Below the pieces are notes generated by a model. It saw only the letters and a program-made list of their open reading frames with translations, was not told the DNA's origin and searched no databases. From a virus (lineage: Duplodnaviria; Caudoviricetes), in IMG/VR virus record IMGVR_UViG_3300025120_000004, positions 1-61,012 of that record: a stretch of 61,012 nucleotides of DNA, one strand, 5' to 3'. This document shows, piece after piece, positions 26,314 through 35,452 of this stretch. A program made the translations under genes and the position numbers. Each line of letters begins with the position of its first letter. Position 1 is the first letter of the stretch.

Positions 26314-27897
26314 ATGCCAGTATTTTACGACCCAATTAATTTAGCAACTAATCAATTAGAGCAAGCTCGAATTGAAAATTTAGGTTCTGACCCAGGAACA
26401 GGTGTTTCAGGACAGATATACTATAATACAGTAAGTAATAAACTAAAGTTTTATGATGGTTCAGCTTGGGCTAACATAGGTGGAGGTTCTGCAGCTAATG
26501 ATTTTTTAACAGGATTAAGTTTTAATACTATCGATGGAGTATTGACTGCTACTGTTCAAAATCAAAGTAATGTTACTGTAGATTTAGACGGCAGATATGC
26601 ATTAACTGGAGATGTTGGAAACGGAACTTTAACGGTTCAGGGAACAGGAGCTTTAGGAGGGACAGGAACATTTACTGCCAATCAGGCAACAGCTACTACT
26701 ATATCTGTAACGCATGATTCTTTTAGTGATTCACAGACTACAGCTGCATCTACTTTAACATTTGGAGGAACATTCCAAGCTTATACAGATGTAACTTCAA
26801 ATTCAACAGGGCATGTAATAGGTCATGAGTTAACTACTTTCACACTTCCTGCAGCACCAACTGATGTAGATAACTATGTGGATTCCGTAGCTTTTAGTAC
26901 AAATAATGGTGTGTTGACACTAGGAAGAACAGGAGCGTTAGCTGATTTAACTGTAGATTTAGATGGAAGGTACATAGAAAGCTTTACTCTTACAGGTGAT
27001 TCAGGAACTAACCAAACAATCGTTAGTGGCGATACTTTAGATATAGCAGGCGGAACAAATATATCAACAGTAGTTGGAGCAACTGATACCGTAACAGTAA
27101 GCTTAAACCCTAGTGTTACTTTAGCAGGTCAACTTACTGTAAGTGGCAATGGACAAAATGCATTCACAGGTCAAGTAACTATTCCAACAACACCGAGTGC
27201 AGGGACTGATGCAGCTTCTAAAAACTATGTAGATACAACATTGGCAGGCTCAGGAGCTTTGATATTCCAAGGAGGTTACGATGCTACAACTACACCGCCA
27301 TCAACAGGTGTAAAAAAAGGATGGACTTATGTAGTAACCACTGGAGGTAATGCTTCAGGATTTTGGACTGTTCCATTAGAAATTGGAGATTTAATTATTT
27401 CTAATCAAGATACTCCAGTAGATGATGGCGATTGGACAGAGGTAAATAAAAATGTTGACCTAGCGAGTTTAACTCAAGTAGGTATAGGTAATGTAAATGC
27501 TTCAGTGTCTAACACATTAGATGGTTTAAATGTATCTTATTCTGCAGGTACTGCTACTATAGGATTAGACGTAGTTGGTTTAACAGCGTTAACTACTATT
27601 GCAGAAGGGGACTCCTTAATAATTTATGACACAGATGGAGTTAAAAATCATAAAGTATCTGTAGGAACGTTAAACACAAAGGTTAATTCAGCTAATACTT
27701 TTGCAGACACTATATCAGCAACCGCTACGGTAACTCATGACTTAGGAACTAAAGATGTAATAGTGCAGTTGTATGATACGGTAACAGATTTAACTGTTTA
27801 TGCTAGAGTAGATAGAGCTTCTAATAATACAGTTACAGTAACATTTGGAACTACACCTGCTAATAATGTAAGAGTTCTAATACAAAAAATAGGATAA
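26314..27897 (+). CDS. Tail fibre protein
   Basis: GQIYYNT, duplicated TVDLDGRY repeat, DAASKNYVD, VTHDLGTKDVIVQLYD. Confidence 0.7.
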   Translation: MPVFYDPINLATNQLEQARIENLGSDPGTGVSGQIYYNTVSNKLKFYDGSAWANIGGGSAANDFLTGLSFNTIDGVLTATVQNQSNVTVDLDGRYALTGDVGNGTLTVQGTGALGGTGTFTANQATATTISVTHDSFSDSQTTAASTLTFGGTFQAYTDVTSNSTGHVIGHELTTFTLPAAPTDVDNYVDSVAFSTNNGVLTLGRTGALADLTVDLDGRYIESFTLTGDSGTNQTIVSGDTLDIAGGTNISTVVGATDTVTVSLNPSVTLAGQLTVSGNGQNAFTGQVTIPTTPSAGTDAASKNYVDTTLAGSGALIFQGGYDATTTPPSTGVKKGWTYVVTTGGNASGFWTVPLEIGDLIISNQDTPVDDGDWTEVNKNVDLASLTQVGIGNVNASVSNTLDGLNVSYSAGTATIGLDVVGLTALTTIAEGDSLIIYDTDGVKNHKVSVGTLNTKVNSANTFADTISATATVTHDLGTKDVIVQLYDTVTDLTVYARVDRASNNTVTVTFGTTPANNVRVLIQKIG

Positions 27898-27901
27898 TTA
27901 A

Positions 27902-28615
27902 ATGGCAATACAATATTACGATGGAGTAAACATAGTAGGAGGTTTTAAAGTAGGAGATAGCCTTGCCTCATCATCATTTGAAGTAGAATCAGGTGGGGAC
28001 ATTTTAGTTAATACTGTATTAAAAGTTTCTGATGATTTTGAATTAAGCGGAGCTTTTTACGATAGCAGTAATCAAAGCGGTACATCTGGTCAGATATTGA
28101 GTTCTACATCTAATGGAACTGATTGGATAGATGCACCAAGTGGAGGAAGTAGCCCTTGGACTACTGACACTAACGGTATAACATATACTGCAGGTAATGT
28201 AGGTATAGGTATGGCTTCTGTAGCTGGCATAGATTTAGCTGTAGATGGTTTTGTAAGACTTTATGATGAGCTTAGAGTTAATGGCAATACGCAAATGGAT
28301 GGTGAACTAAGTGTTCTTAACAGCACTAGCTTAAGTGGGGATTTGTCTATGAACGGTAATGATATTTTAACAGAAGGTGGTGATATTTTAGACAACACTG
28401 ATTCGGCTGGAGCTATTAATTCGTTTTTAATGTCAAAAGGAACAGGCAACGGAGTAAGATGGATTCCTGTTAACGCTGCGTCGTTTGATGCAGTAACTTC
28501 TGTAACCACAGGCGAACCAAGTGGTTCTGACTCAGTTATAAATATAGTTAGTTTAACACAAGCGGAATATGATGCTGGAACACCAGTAGCAACCACTTTA
28601 TATATAATAACTTAA
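27902..28615 (+). CDS. Tail fibre-like protein
   Basis: GTSGQILSST...W, GNVGIG, C-terminal LTQAEYDA...TLYIIT. Confidence 0.65.
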   Translation: MAIQYYDGVNIVGGFKVGDSLASSSFEVESGGDILVNTVLKVSDDFELSGAFYDSSNQSGTSGQILSSTSNGTDWIDAPSGGSSPWTTDTNGITYTAGNVGIGMASVAGIDLAVDGFVRLYDELRVNGNTQMDGELSVLNSTSLSGDLSMNGNDILTEGGDILDNTDSAGAINSFLMSKGTGNGVRWIPVNAASFDAVTSVTTGEPSGSDSVINIVSLTQAEYDAGTPVATTLYIIT

Positions 28616-28616
28616 A

Positions 28617-28985
28617 ATGGCTATTTCATTAGGAAGCGGAAGTATAAGTGCTTTAAAACTAGGTTCAACTGCAGTAACCAAAGCATACCTGGGAAGTACT
28701 CAGGTTTTTCCTGTAGCTTCAGGAGTTGCTTCAGGCAGTATTACGGCTGGGCAAGTTCGTACACAGAACGGAACTTTTGCTTGTACTCAATTTTCAACAT
28801 CAGGAAGTGGAACAGGTGCAACTTTTAATATAACATTTGTTGACAAAACACCCACTGCTATTTCATCAATTACTAATGGAGGAAGTGGTTATGCAGTTAA
28901 TGACACAATAGATTTACAAGTTGGATCATTACCTGGTTCGTTTCAAAACCCAAGAGTTGAAATAACAGTTAACAGTTTAGGATAA
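28617..28985 (+). CDS. Small tail-associated protein
   Basis: LGSTAVTKAYLGSTQVF, NGGSGYAVND. Confidence 0.6.
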   Translation: MAISLGSGSISALKLGSTAVTKAYLGSTQVFPVASGVASGSITAGQVRTQNGTFACTQFSTSGSGTGATFNITFVDKTPTAISSITNGGSGYAVNDTIDLQVGSLPGSFQNPRVEITVNSLG

Positions 28986-28991
28986 ATAAAT

Positions 28992-29150
28992 ATGGCAAAA
29001 AAAGGTAGAACAAAAGGAAATAAGATTTGTCCAGCAGGAATAGCATGGGCAAAGAGAACATTTGATAAGTATCCATCTGCATACGCAAACATGGCTGCTA
29101 GTAAATATTGTAAAGACCCCAACTATGGAAAGGGTAAAAATAAAAAATAA
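28992..29150 (+). CDS. Small basic protein (52 aa)
   Basis: Own translation MAKKGRTKGNKICPAGIAWAKRTFDKYPSAYANMAASKYCKDPNYGKGKNKK. Confidence 0.65.
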   Translation: MAKKGRTKGNKICPAGIAWAKRTFDKYPSAYANMAASKYCKDPNYGKGKNKK

Positions 29151-29161
29151 AAACAAAAGTT

Positions 29162-29236
29162 ATGGCAAAATACGGTAAAAAAATAAAAGCAAAGTCAAAA
29201 GTAAAGACTAAAGTAATGTACAAAAAGAAAAAATAA
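29162..29236 (+). CDS. Tiny Lys-rich peptide (24 aa)
   Basis: MAKYGKKIKAKSKVKTKVMYKKKK; stop overlaps next ATG. Confidence 0.45.
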   Translation: MAKYGKKIKAKSKVKTKVMYKKKK

Positions 29237-29484
29237 TGGGTGAGTTAGCTAAATGGAGGAATGAAAAGTGGGTTCGTATAGGAACGGATGGATCTATAAA
29301 AGGTGCATGCGGTACTAGCAAAAACAAAAAAAATCCTGATAGGTGTCTTCCTTTAGCAAAGGCTAAAGCATTAAGTAAAAGACAACGAGCTAAAACCGCT
29401 AGAAAAAAGAAAGCATCAGGTGGAAAGAAACAATTTGTTTCAAATACGAAGGCGGCAAAAGTAACTAAAAAATATACTAAGTAA
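29236..29484 (+). CDS. Small basic protein (82 aa)
   Basis: GELAKWRNEKWV...CG...RCLP. Confidence 0.7.
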   Translation: MGELAKWRNEKWVRIGTDGSIKGACGTSKNKKNPDRCLPLAKAKALSKRQRAKTARKKKASGGKKQFVSNTKAAKVTKKYTK

Positions 29485-29774
29485 TGGCAGATAAAAGTAA
29501 GATGGCTTGCAATAAGCCTAAAAGTTCTGATAGAGCAGGTAAAAAGAAAATGGTAAAAGCCTGTGAAGGCGGTAAGGAAAAGCTTATTCACTTTGGAGCT
29601 AAAGGATATGGTCATAATTATTCTGCAGCTGCACGTAAAAGTTTTAAAGCTAGACATAAATGTGGAACTGCTAAATCTAAATTAACAGCTAGATATTGGG
29701 CATGTAAAAATTTATGGGCAGGAAAAGGAGGCTCAACTAAATCTTCTCCCAAAAGTAGACAAGGAAAATATTAG
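29484..29774 (+). CDS. Small basic protein (96 aa)
   Basis: KLIHFG...ARKSFKARHKC...ARYWACK.LW. Confidence 0.7.
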   Translation: MADKSKMACNKPKSSDRAGKKKMVKACEGGKEKLIHFGAKGYGHNYSAAARKSFKARHKCGTAKSKLTARYWACKNLWAGKGGSTKSSPKSRQGKY

Positions 29775-29782
29775 TATATTTG
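29775..29782 (+). promoter_or_regulatory. -7 promoter box TATATTTG
   Basis: Intergenic, 22 nt before ATG 29805. Confidence 0.55.
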
Positions 29783-29804
29783 TAAAATATAAAAATCAAT
29801 AATT

Positions 29805-30023
29805 ATGGCACAAGGATATAATGCTCGATTAGATGAATCAATCGGTGCAAGAAACGGAAAAAAATCTCAATCTTTAAAAGATCGTAGAGATGAGTCAAAA
29901 GCAATGTCTAAAAAAGATTACGGACATTCTTATGGAGCAGATAGTGGAATGTCTTACAGACATCACCACAAAGAATGTGTTCACTATGTGAAAAAACATT
30001 TAAGCGGTTTAATAAAAAAATAA
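29805..30023 (+). CDS. Small basic protein (72 aa)
   Basis: QGYNARLDESIG...RRDESKAM. Confidence 0.65.
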   Translation: MAQGYNARLDESIGARNGKKSQSLKDRRDESKAMSKKDYGHSYGADSGMSYRHHHKECVHYVKKHLSGLIKK

Positions 30024-30164
30024 ATGGGTAGACTATTAGTAAAGCTAGGTCTCTGGATGCAAGGCCTCTGGTGTAAGTTTCAATGTGGGTGGAATTGGTT
30101 AATAGGCAAACTAATGTTTAAGGTTGCTTTATGCCCTCATAAACTATGTACTTGTAAAAAATAA
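30024..30164 (+). CDS. Small Trp/Cys-rich protein (46 aa)
   Basis: Own translation MGRLLVKLGLWMQGLWCKFQCGWNWLIGKLMFKVALCPHKLCTCKK. Confidence 0.5.
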   Translation: MGRLLVKLGLWMQGLWCKFQCGWNWLIGKLMFKVALCPHKLCTCKK

Positions 30165-30169
30165 ATAAA

Positions 30170-30325
30170 ATGAAATCAAAAGGATTAGGAGATACAATAG
30201 AGAAAGTAACTACAGCAACAGGAATAAAAGCAGTTGTTGACACAGTAAGCAAAGTAACAGGAAGAGATTGCGGTTGCTCAAAAAGAAAAGATAGTTTAAA
30301 CAGAATATTCCCTTATAATAAATAA
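30170..30325 (+). CDS. Small protein (51 aa, GLGD...DCGC..R...LN)
   Basis: Own translation MKSKGLGDTIEKVTTATGIKAVVDTVSKVTGRDCGCSKRKDSLNRIFPYNK. Confidence 0.65.
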   Translation: MKSKGLGDTIEKVTTATGIKAVVDTVSKVTGRDCGCSKRKDSLNRIFPYNK

Positions 30326-30328
30326 AAA

Positions 30329-30592
30329 ATGGCTTATCAAAAATTACAAGCAAATAGAGCGGCAGCGGTAACACCAAGTGACACTGCTGATATACCATCT
30401 GTAAATGGAGCAACAGGAACTAATAACGGATGCTCTTTATATATAGGTTCAGCAGGAGCAGTAAAATTAAAAACAGTAGGTGGAGATGTTTTAACATTTG
30501 TAGGATGTTATGCAGGACAGTTTCTACCAATTAATGTTTTACAGGTTTTTAATACTGGTACAACTGCAAGTGATATTGTTGCATTATGGTAA
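30329..30592 (+). CDS. Head spike base-like protein (RcGTA Rcc01079-like)
   Basis: AVTPSD...LYIG.AG.V...G...TF....G..LPI.V..V..TGTTA..IVALW. Confidence 0.65.
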   Translation: MAYQKLQANRAAAVTPSDTADIPSVNGATGTNNGCSLYIGSAGAVKLKTVGGDVLTFVGCYAGQFLPINVLQVFNTGTTASDIVALW

Positions 30593-30662
30593 AAGAAAAT
30601 TACACACAGACTAATAGTGCTTTAATGGATATTGAAGTTACTTACGAAATTATTAAACAATA

Positions 30663-30830
30663 ATGAACACACAGGATTTGAAAATTTACGCATTTAACTT
30701 TTTGAGCCTAGCTGTCTCATTTTCTCAAGTTGAGATGGCTTTAAAACTAATTTTATTAATAGCTTCTATAATATATACGGCTCAAAGAATATGGATTAGT
30801 TATAATGAAAGAAGAAAAACTAACAAATAA
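30663..30830 (+). CDS. Putative holin-like membrane protein (55 aa)
   Basis: Own translation; hydrophobic segments and basic C-terminus; immediately precedes the endolysin. Confidence 0.5.
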   Translation: MNTQDLKIYAFNFLSLAVSFSQVEMALKLILLIASIIYTAQRIWISYNERRKTNK

Positions 30831-31200
30831 TTTTAATAAATCTGAATTTGAATGTAAATGTGGTTGTGAAATGCCTCAAGATGTTTTGTTTGAAATACAA
30901 AAACTTGCAGCTCAGTTACAAACAATAAGAGATTTTATAAGAAAACCTATAAAACTTACTAATGCATATAGGTGTGCTAAGCACAATAAAGCAGTTGGTG
31001 GAGTTTCCAATTCACAACATATTTTAGGAAAAGCTGCTGATATTCAAGTTACAGACATTCCTCCTTCTGAAATCTATAAAACTATAGATAATTTAACTGA
31101 GCATGGACATATACTTCAAGGAGGTCTCGGTAAGTACAATACATTTACACATTACGATATAAGAAAAACAAGATCTCGTTGGGATAAAACAATAGAATAG
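30805..31200 (+). CDS. Endolysin, peptidase M15A family
   Basis: EFECKCG, AYRC..HN..VGG..NSQH..GKAADI, FTHYDIR. Confidence 0.88.
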   Translation: MKEEKLTNNFNKSEFECKCGCEMPQDVLFEIQKLAAQLQTIRDFIRKPIKLTNAYRCAKHNKAVGGVSNSQHILGKAADIQVTDIPPSEIYKTIDNLTEHGHILQGGLGKYNTFTHYDIRKTRSRWDKTIE

Positions 31201-31202
31201 TT

Positions 31203-31682
31203 ATGAGCGATAATCCTAAATTAAGAAAAAACGGAGGAGAAGGTACTTTTGTTGGTAATTTATTACGAACAATAGCAGGAGTAAGTCCTGAGATATTAAA
31301 TATATTAGGTACAGTAACAGGTGTAGAAGGTTTAAATAAACTAGGAGATGCTATACGTGGTAATTCTAGTATTTCACAAACAGATAAAGATTTACTTCTT
31401 AAAGAGTTAGAAAAAGATATTGTAGTAGAACAAGAAATATCTAAACGTGAAATAGAAATAAGCAAACGTTGGGAGTACGATATGAAGTTTGGAAGCAGAC
31501 TAACAAGAAACATAAGACCTTTAGTTGTTGCTAATTTTACTATTCTTATAGATATTGTTATTATAACTTCTCAATGGGGCATGCCCTTGGGAGAGGCATA
31601 TTTGCCCTTATTAACTACTATGGGAATTACTGCAATCGGAGGGTATTTTACCTTAAGAGAGTACGGTAAAACCAAACAATAA
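31203..31682 (+). CDS. Holin-like membrane protein (3TM/GTA-like)
   Basis: RW..DM...S.L..NIRP followed by two hydrophobic segments and GGYF..R. Confidence 0.6.
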   Translation: MSDNPKLRKNGGEGTFVGNLLRTIAGVSPEILNILGTVTGVEGLNKLGDAIRGNSSISQTDKDLLLKELEKDIVVEQEISKREIEISKRWEYDMKFGSRLTRNIRPLVVANFTILIDIVIITSQWGMPLGEAYLPLLTTMGITAIGGYFTLREYGKTKQ

Positions 31683-31699
31683 TATTTATTTTTTTTTAC

Positions 31700-31707
31700 T
31701 ACCTTTG
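31700..31707 (+). promoter_or_regulatory. -7 promoter box TACCTTTG
   Basis: Intergenic, 23 nt before ATG 31731. Confidence 0.55.
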
Positions 31708-31730
31708 CATATAACTTTAATTATAATAAA

Positions 31731-31958
31731 ATGAAATCAGTTACAAAAAAAGAATTAGATCGTTTACAAGAATTAAACACTAAATTCGGAGGTTTAAAAA
31801 ACCAACTAGGAGATTTAGCATTACAAAAAGATGTAGTGCTTAAAGAAATAAATACTGTAAGAACAGACTTTACTTCTTTAGAAAAAAAACTTATTAAAAA
31901 ATACGGAGAAGATTCCGTTATAAATCTCCAGACTGGAGAGATAAAAGAAAAAGAATAG
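31731..31958 (+). CDS. Small coiled-coil protein
   Basis: Heptad pattern, KKYGEDSVINLQTGEI. Confidence 0.65.
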   Translation: MKSVTKKELDRLQELNTKFGGLKNQLGDLALQKDVVLKEINTVRTDFTSLEKKLIKKYGEDSVINLQTGEIKEKE

Positions 31959-31961
31959 AAG

Positions 31962-34361
31962 ATGGCAAAAATTAGCAATACTTTAGCTTACCCCAATCAA
32001 AATCCAATTAATCCAGAGGATTATTTAATTGGAACAGATGGATTATCAAGTCCGATTGAGTTACAAACTAAAACGTTTACCATAGCTGGTCTTGCTGATT
32101 ATATATTAAATATTGTTACTCCTCCTGCTTCATCAGAAACATTTATTGTAAATGGGATGTTTAAAGCAATAGGAAGTAATACAGGTGGTGGAGTTGGTCC
32201 TGAATTTTCAAAAGATTTTTTAGAATGGACATCTGCCGTTGCACCTAGTACACAAGTTCCTTTATGGAGAGTTCCTGTAACTCTAAAATTAAAATTAGTT
32301 ACATGGGCTTGGGTTTCGGATACTGTTATGAGTATTGCACCAGGAGATACAATGACTGTATCTATAGGTGAAGTTGCTAATAATGCTATTTCTAATTATG
32401 CTAACTATTCTAAAAAAGAAGATTTATTTGTTATATCTGATCTTTATGATAAATCATATCCAAGAGGGGAAGTTGATGTTTCTGATTTAAATATTGTTTT
32501 AAACGCATTTCAAAATATTGGTGTAGTATGTGAAGGCAGTTTAAATTCAACAATATCTCCAACAGATGGAGATATGGAATTATCATTCTATTTTGAAAAA
32601 ACAAACTCTATAGCGCCTATACTTCCTGTAACAGTAACTTTAAATCCTTTTAATAATAACATTATAGATAATACCGCAGGCGCACCAAACTATACTTTGG
32701 CAGGTAATCAGTTAAATGACATTAAACAAGGACAACCAGGAGTTAGCTATCAGTTTATAACAAACGGACTAGCTAATACAGGATATCAGTTTAAAGCATC
32801 CGCTCCTTTTACTGCGACTAATCCAGGAGGAATATTTACAGTAGATGGAACTGAAACTCAGACATTAACAGGTGAGATAGAGTTAGTACCAATTGTTCCT
32901 AACCCCCCAGAATGGACATCTACAAACCCTGTAGATGCAGGAACATATCCTAATTTGCAACCAAACGACACTTGGACATATAACTGGACAACAAGTGATG
33001 ATAATACACCATGTGCAGATTTAGATTATGTTATTACAGTAGATGGGGTAGAGATATTCCCTGCTGCAGGAGCTAGTTGGTTAGTTTTTACAGATAATGA
33101 TGATTGCACAGGAACGCTAACAGGAACATATCCTGGAGGAAATATTAATGTAGTGATGACAGTAACAGATAATGATGGATTATCAGCAACTCAAGATTTT
33201 ACAATATCAGGATTAACAGTAACAGGAGATACTTACTTTACTTTTTGGCAAGATACTAGTGGTTCTTTTAATGCCTCCATTATAGAAATGGCTAAAATGA
33301 CAAGTGTTCCTGAAATTTATGTAGATATGAATAAAGGATGGAACCTGGGGGATAGTTTAATAGAAATGTCAAGTTCAATATTCACACAAACAGGTTATGT
33401 AACTAATCCCAACGGACTAACAGCTCAAACATCCATGCTTGTTGAACCTGGGATGCTTATTGAAGGAACTGGTATTCCTGCTAATACATTCGTAGGAACA
33501 ATAAATTACGTTGCCTTTCAATTAGACGTTACTTTAGTTGATGCTAATGGGGCAACTGTTGTCACAACTTCAGGTGATGGAGGAAATTCAGTTTGTAAAT
33601 TTACACGAACAGACGCTCAGAAATCTGTAGATTATTTGAATACAACTAATTTAAGAAACTTACTTCAAGATTTCTATGCAACAGGAGCAACGGAAGGAAG
33701 TGGTAATACAGATAGAGCTACTAACGGTAGTGATGAGTATGATACTCATATACTTTGGGGGATGAGTGCTGAAGAAAGACAACTAGGAATGCTTGCTAAC
33801 AAAGGTTTTGGTCAAGGAACAGGACCTGGAGGAATATTTGAAAACGCAGATAATGTAGTAATCTTTGGATTTGGAGATGAATCTGGAGGTAACCAATTTG
33901 TATCTGACAATTATCAAATGTCCTCTAACGACACTGATGCTGATTCATGGAAAAACAGAAATAATGCTACGAATCAATCGATAATTGATGATATAACTCT
34001 TGTAAGGAATTTTATTGGAGATGCTACATTTACATATAGGTCTCAATTTTTCTGTGCTGTACCGAATACTATAGGAGCACCTCTTGTTGATTTACTTGGA
34101 CCTAATTCTTTAGTTCCAGCAGCGAATATTAGCAATCCTCCAGTTAGTGATAGTTACCCTGCAGGAACTCAAGGTTTTCCTGCTAGTATACCTGCTACTG
34201 CTTATTCTAATGTAACAATGTTAGATGATTACACAACGAGCACTCCTCAATTAATGAGATGGAGTAACGAGTTGACCGTGCCAAATGGAAGTGCAGCTAT
34301 ACAACAATTTTGGTACGACCAAATAGAAGCTTCATTACAAGATATGGGCTTTAATGTATAA
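31962..34361 (+). CDS. Large tail/adhesin-like virion protein
   Basis: N-terminus like 25618; Ig/cadherin-like VTDNDGLSATQDFTI segment. Confidence 0.6.
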   Translation: MAKISNTLAYPNQNPINPEDYLIGTDGLSSPIELQTKTFTIAGLADYILNIVTPPASSETFIVNGMFKAIGSNTGGGVGPEFSKDFLEWTSAVAPSTQVPLWRVPVTLKLKLVTWAWVSDTVMSIAPGDTMTVSIGEVANNAISNYANYSKKEDLFVISDLYDKSYPRGEVDVSDLNIVLNAFQNIGVVCEGSLNSTISPTDGDMELSFYFEKTNSIAPILPVTVTLNPFNNNIIDNTAGAPNYTLAGNQLNDIKQGQPGVSYQFITNGLANTGYQFKASAPFTATNPGGIFTVDGTETQTLTGEIELVPIVPNPPEWTSTNPVDAGTYPNLQPNDTWTYNWTTSDDNTPCADLDYVITVDGVEIFPAAGASWLVFTDNDDCTGTLTGTYPGGNINVVMTVTDNDGLSATQDFTISGLTVTGDTYFTFWQDTSGSFNASIIEMAKMTSVPEIYVDMNKGWNLGDSLIEMSSSIFTQTGYVTNPNGLTAQTSMLVEPGMLIEGTGIPANTFVGTINYVAFQLDVTLVDANGATVVTTSGDGGNSVCKFTRTDAQKSVDYLNTTNLRNLLQDFYATGATEGSGNTDRATNGSDEYDTHILWGMSAEERQLGMLANKGFGQGTGPGGIFENADNVVIFGFGDESGGNQFVSDNYQMSSNDTDADSWKNRNNATNQSIIDDITLVRNFIGDATFTYRSQFFCAVPNTIGAPLVDLLGPNSLVPAANISNPPVSDSYPAGTQGFPASIPATAYSNVTMLDDYTTSTPQLMRWSNELTVPNGSAAIQQFWYDQIEASLQDMGFNV

Positions 34362-34377
34362 TTAAATTAAATAAATA

Positions 34378-34608
34378 ATGGATATAAGAAAAATATCTGT
34401 CGGTGCAGATTATAAGTCTAGTGCTATGCACTACATAGTAAATCAAGAGATTTTTAATGGAAGTTATCGTATTCATTTAATAAAGCATATAAACGAAAGC
34501 AACTCTATAAAAGTTTGGATTGAAAACAAACAAGGAGAAATATTTCTTTGGAAAGAATTTAATTCTAATATGCCTATATCAATTGAATATAATATAAATT
34601 TTGAATGA
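34378..34608 (+). CDS. Hypothetical protein (76 aa)
   Basis: IRKISVGADYK..AMHY..Q. Confidence 0.65.
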   Translation: MDIRKISVGADYKSSAMHYIVNQEIFNGSYRIHLIKHINESNSIKVWIENKQGEIFLWKEFNSNMPISIEYNINFE

Positions 34609-35168
34609 AATCACCTTTTTATTTCATTGTAAAACCATGCAATGACAAAAGGTATGATAACACAAAAAAAATTGGAAATGTTGATTTTATAACAAGCACA
34701 TCCAAAGAAGATCATACCGCATCAAATAGATACGCAGAAGTTGTATCAGTTCCTATAAACTACAAAGGAGAAATATCTTCTGGAGATATACTTTTAGTTC
34801 ATCATAATGTTTTTAAATATTATAATGACATGAAAGGAAAAGAAAGAAGTGGTAAGAGTTTTTTTAAAGACGATTTGTTTTTTATAGACTTTGACCAATT
34901 TTATATGTATAAACACAACAACAAATGGTTATGTCATTCAAAGTATTGTATGGTAAAGCCTATACCTAAAGAACAAAAGTACTTAAAGACTCATCAAGAT
35001 GAAGAGCCATTAGTAGGTATAATTAAATATTCAAATAAAATTCTTACAGAAAAAGGTATTGTTGAAGGAACTAAAGTTTCGTTTCAACCAGATAGTGAAT
35101 ATGAATTTACTGTAGAAGATGAAAAACTTTACAGAATGTTTGATAAAAACATAACATTAGTATTATGA
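34605..35168 (+). CDS. Tandem GroES-like fold protein (putative)
   Basis: Two units: FIVKP...AEVVSVP...SGDILLV and MVKPI...GIIKY...EGTKVSF...EDEKLYRM. Confidence 0.45.
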   Translation: MKSPFYFIVKPCNDKRYDNTKKIGNVDFITSTSKEDHTASNRYAEVVSVPINYKGEISSGDILLVHHNVFKYYNDMKGKERSGKSFFKDDLFFIDFDQFYMYKHNNKWLCHSKYCMVKPIPKEQKYLKTHQDEEPLVGIIKYSNKILTEKGIVEGTKVSFQPDSEYEFTVEDEKLYRMFDKNITLVL

Positions 35169-35452
35169 ATAATACTGAATTAAAATTAGAAATAATAAAA
35201 GCAGGTAAAAAAGCTGTAAAAGAACTTATAAAAGTTGCTAATGAAGGTATACTAAAAAAAGACCTAGATGGATTAGCTCCTGATATAGCAGCAGACAGAT
35301 TAAAAAATGCAGCGGCATCTAAGAAGCTTGCAATATTTGATGCTTTTGAAATCTTAACAAAGATTGAAGAAGAAAATAATATGATAGACATTAATAAAAA
35401 AGAAAGTAAAGCATCTTCATTTAAAGGATTTGCTGAAGGTAGATCAAAATAA
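35165..35452 (+). CDS. Putative terminase small subunit
   Basis: Small helical gene translationally coupled to terL; positional inference. Confidence 0.45.
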   Translation: MNNTELKLEIIKAGKKAVKELIKVANEGILKKDLDGLAPDIAADRLKNAAASKKLAIFDAFEILTKIEEENNMIDINKKESKASSFKGFAEGRSK

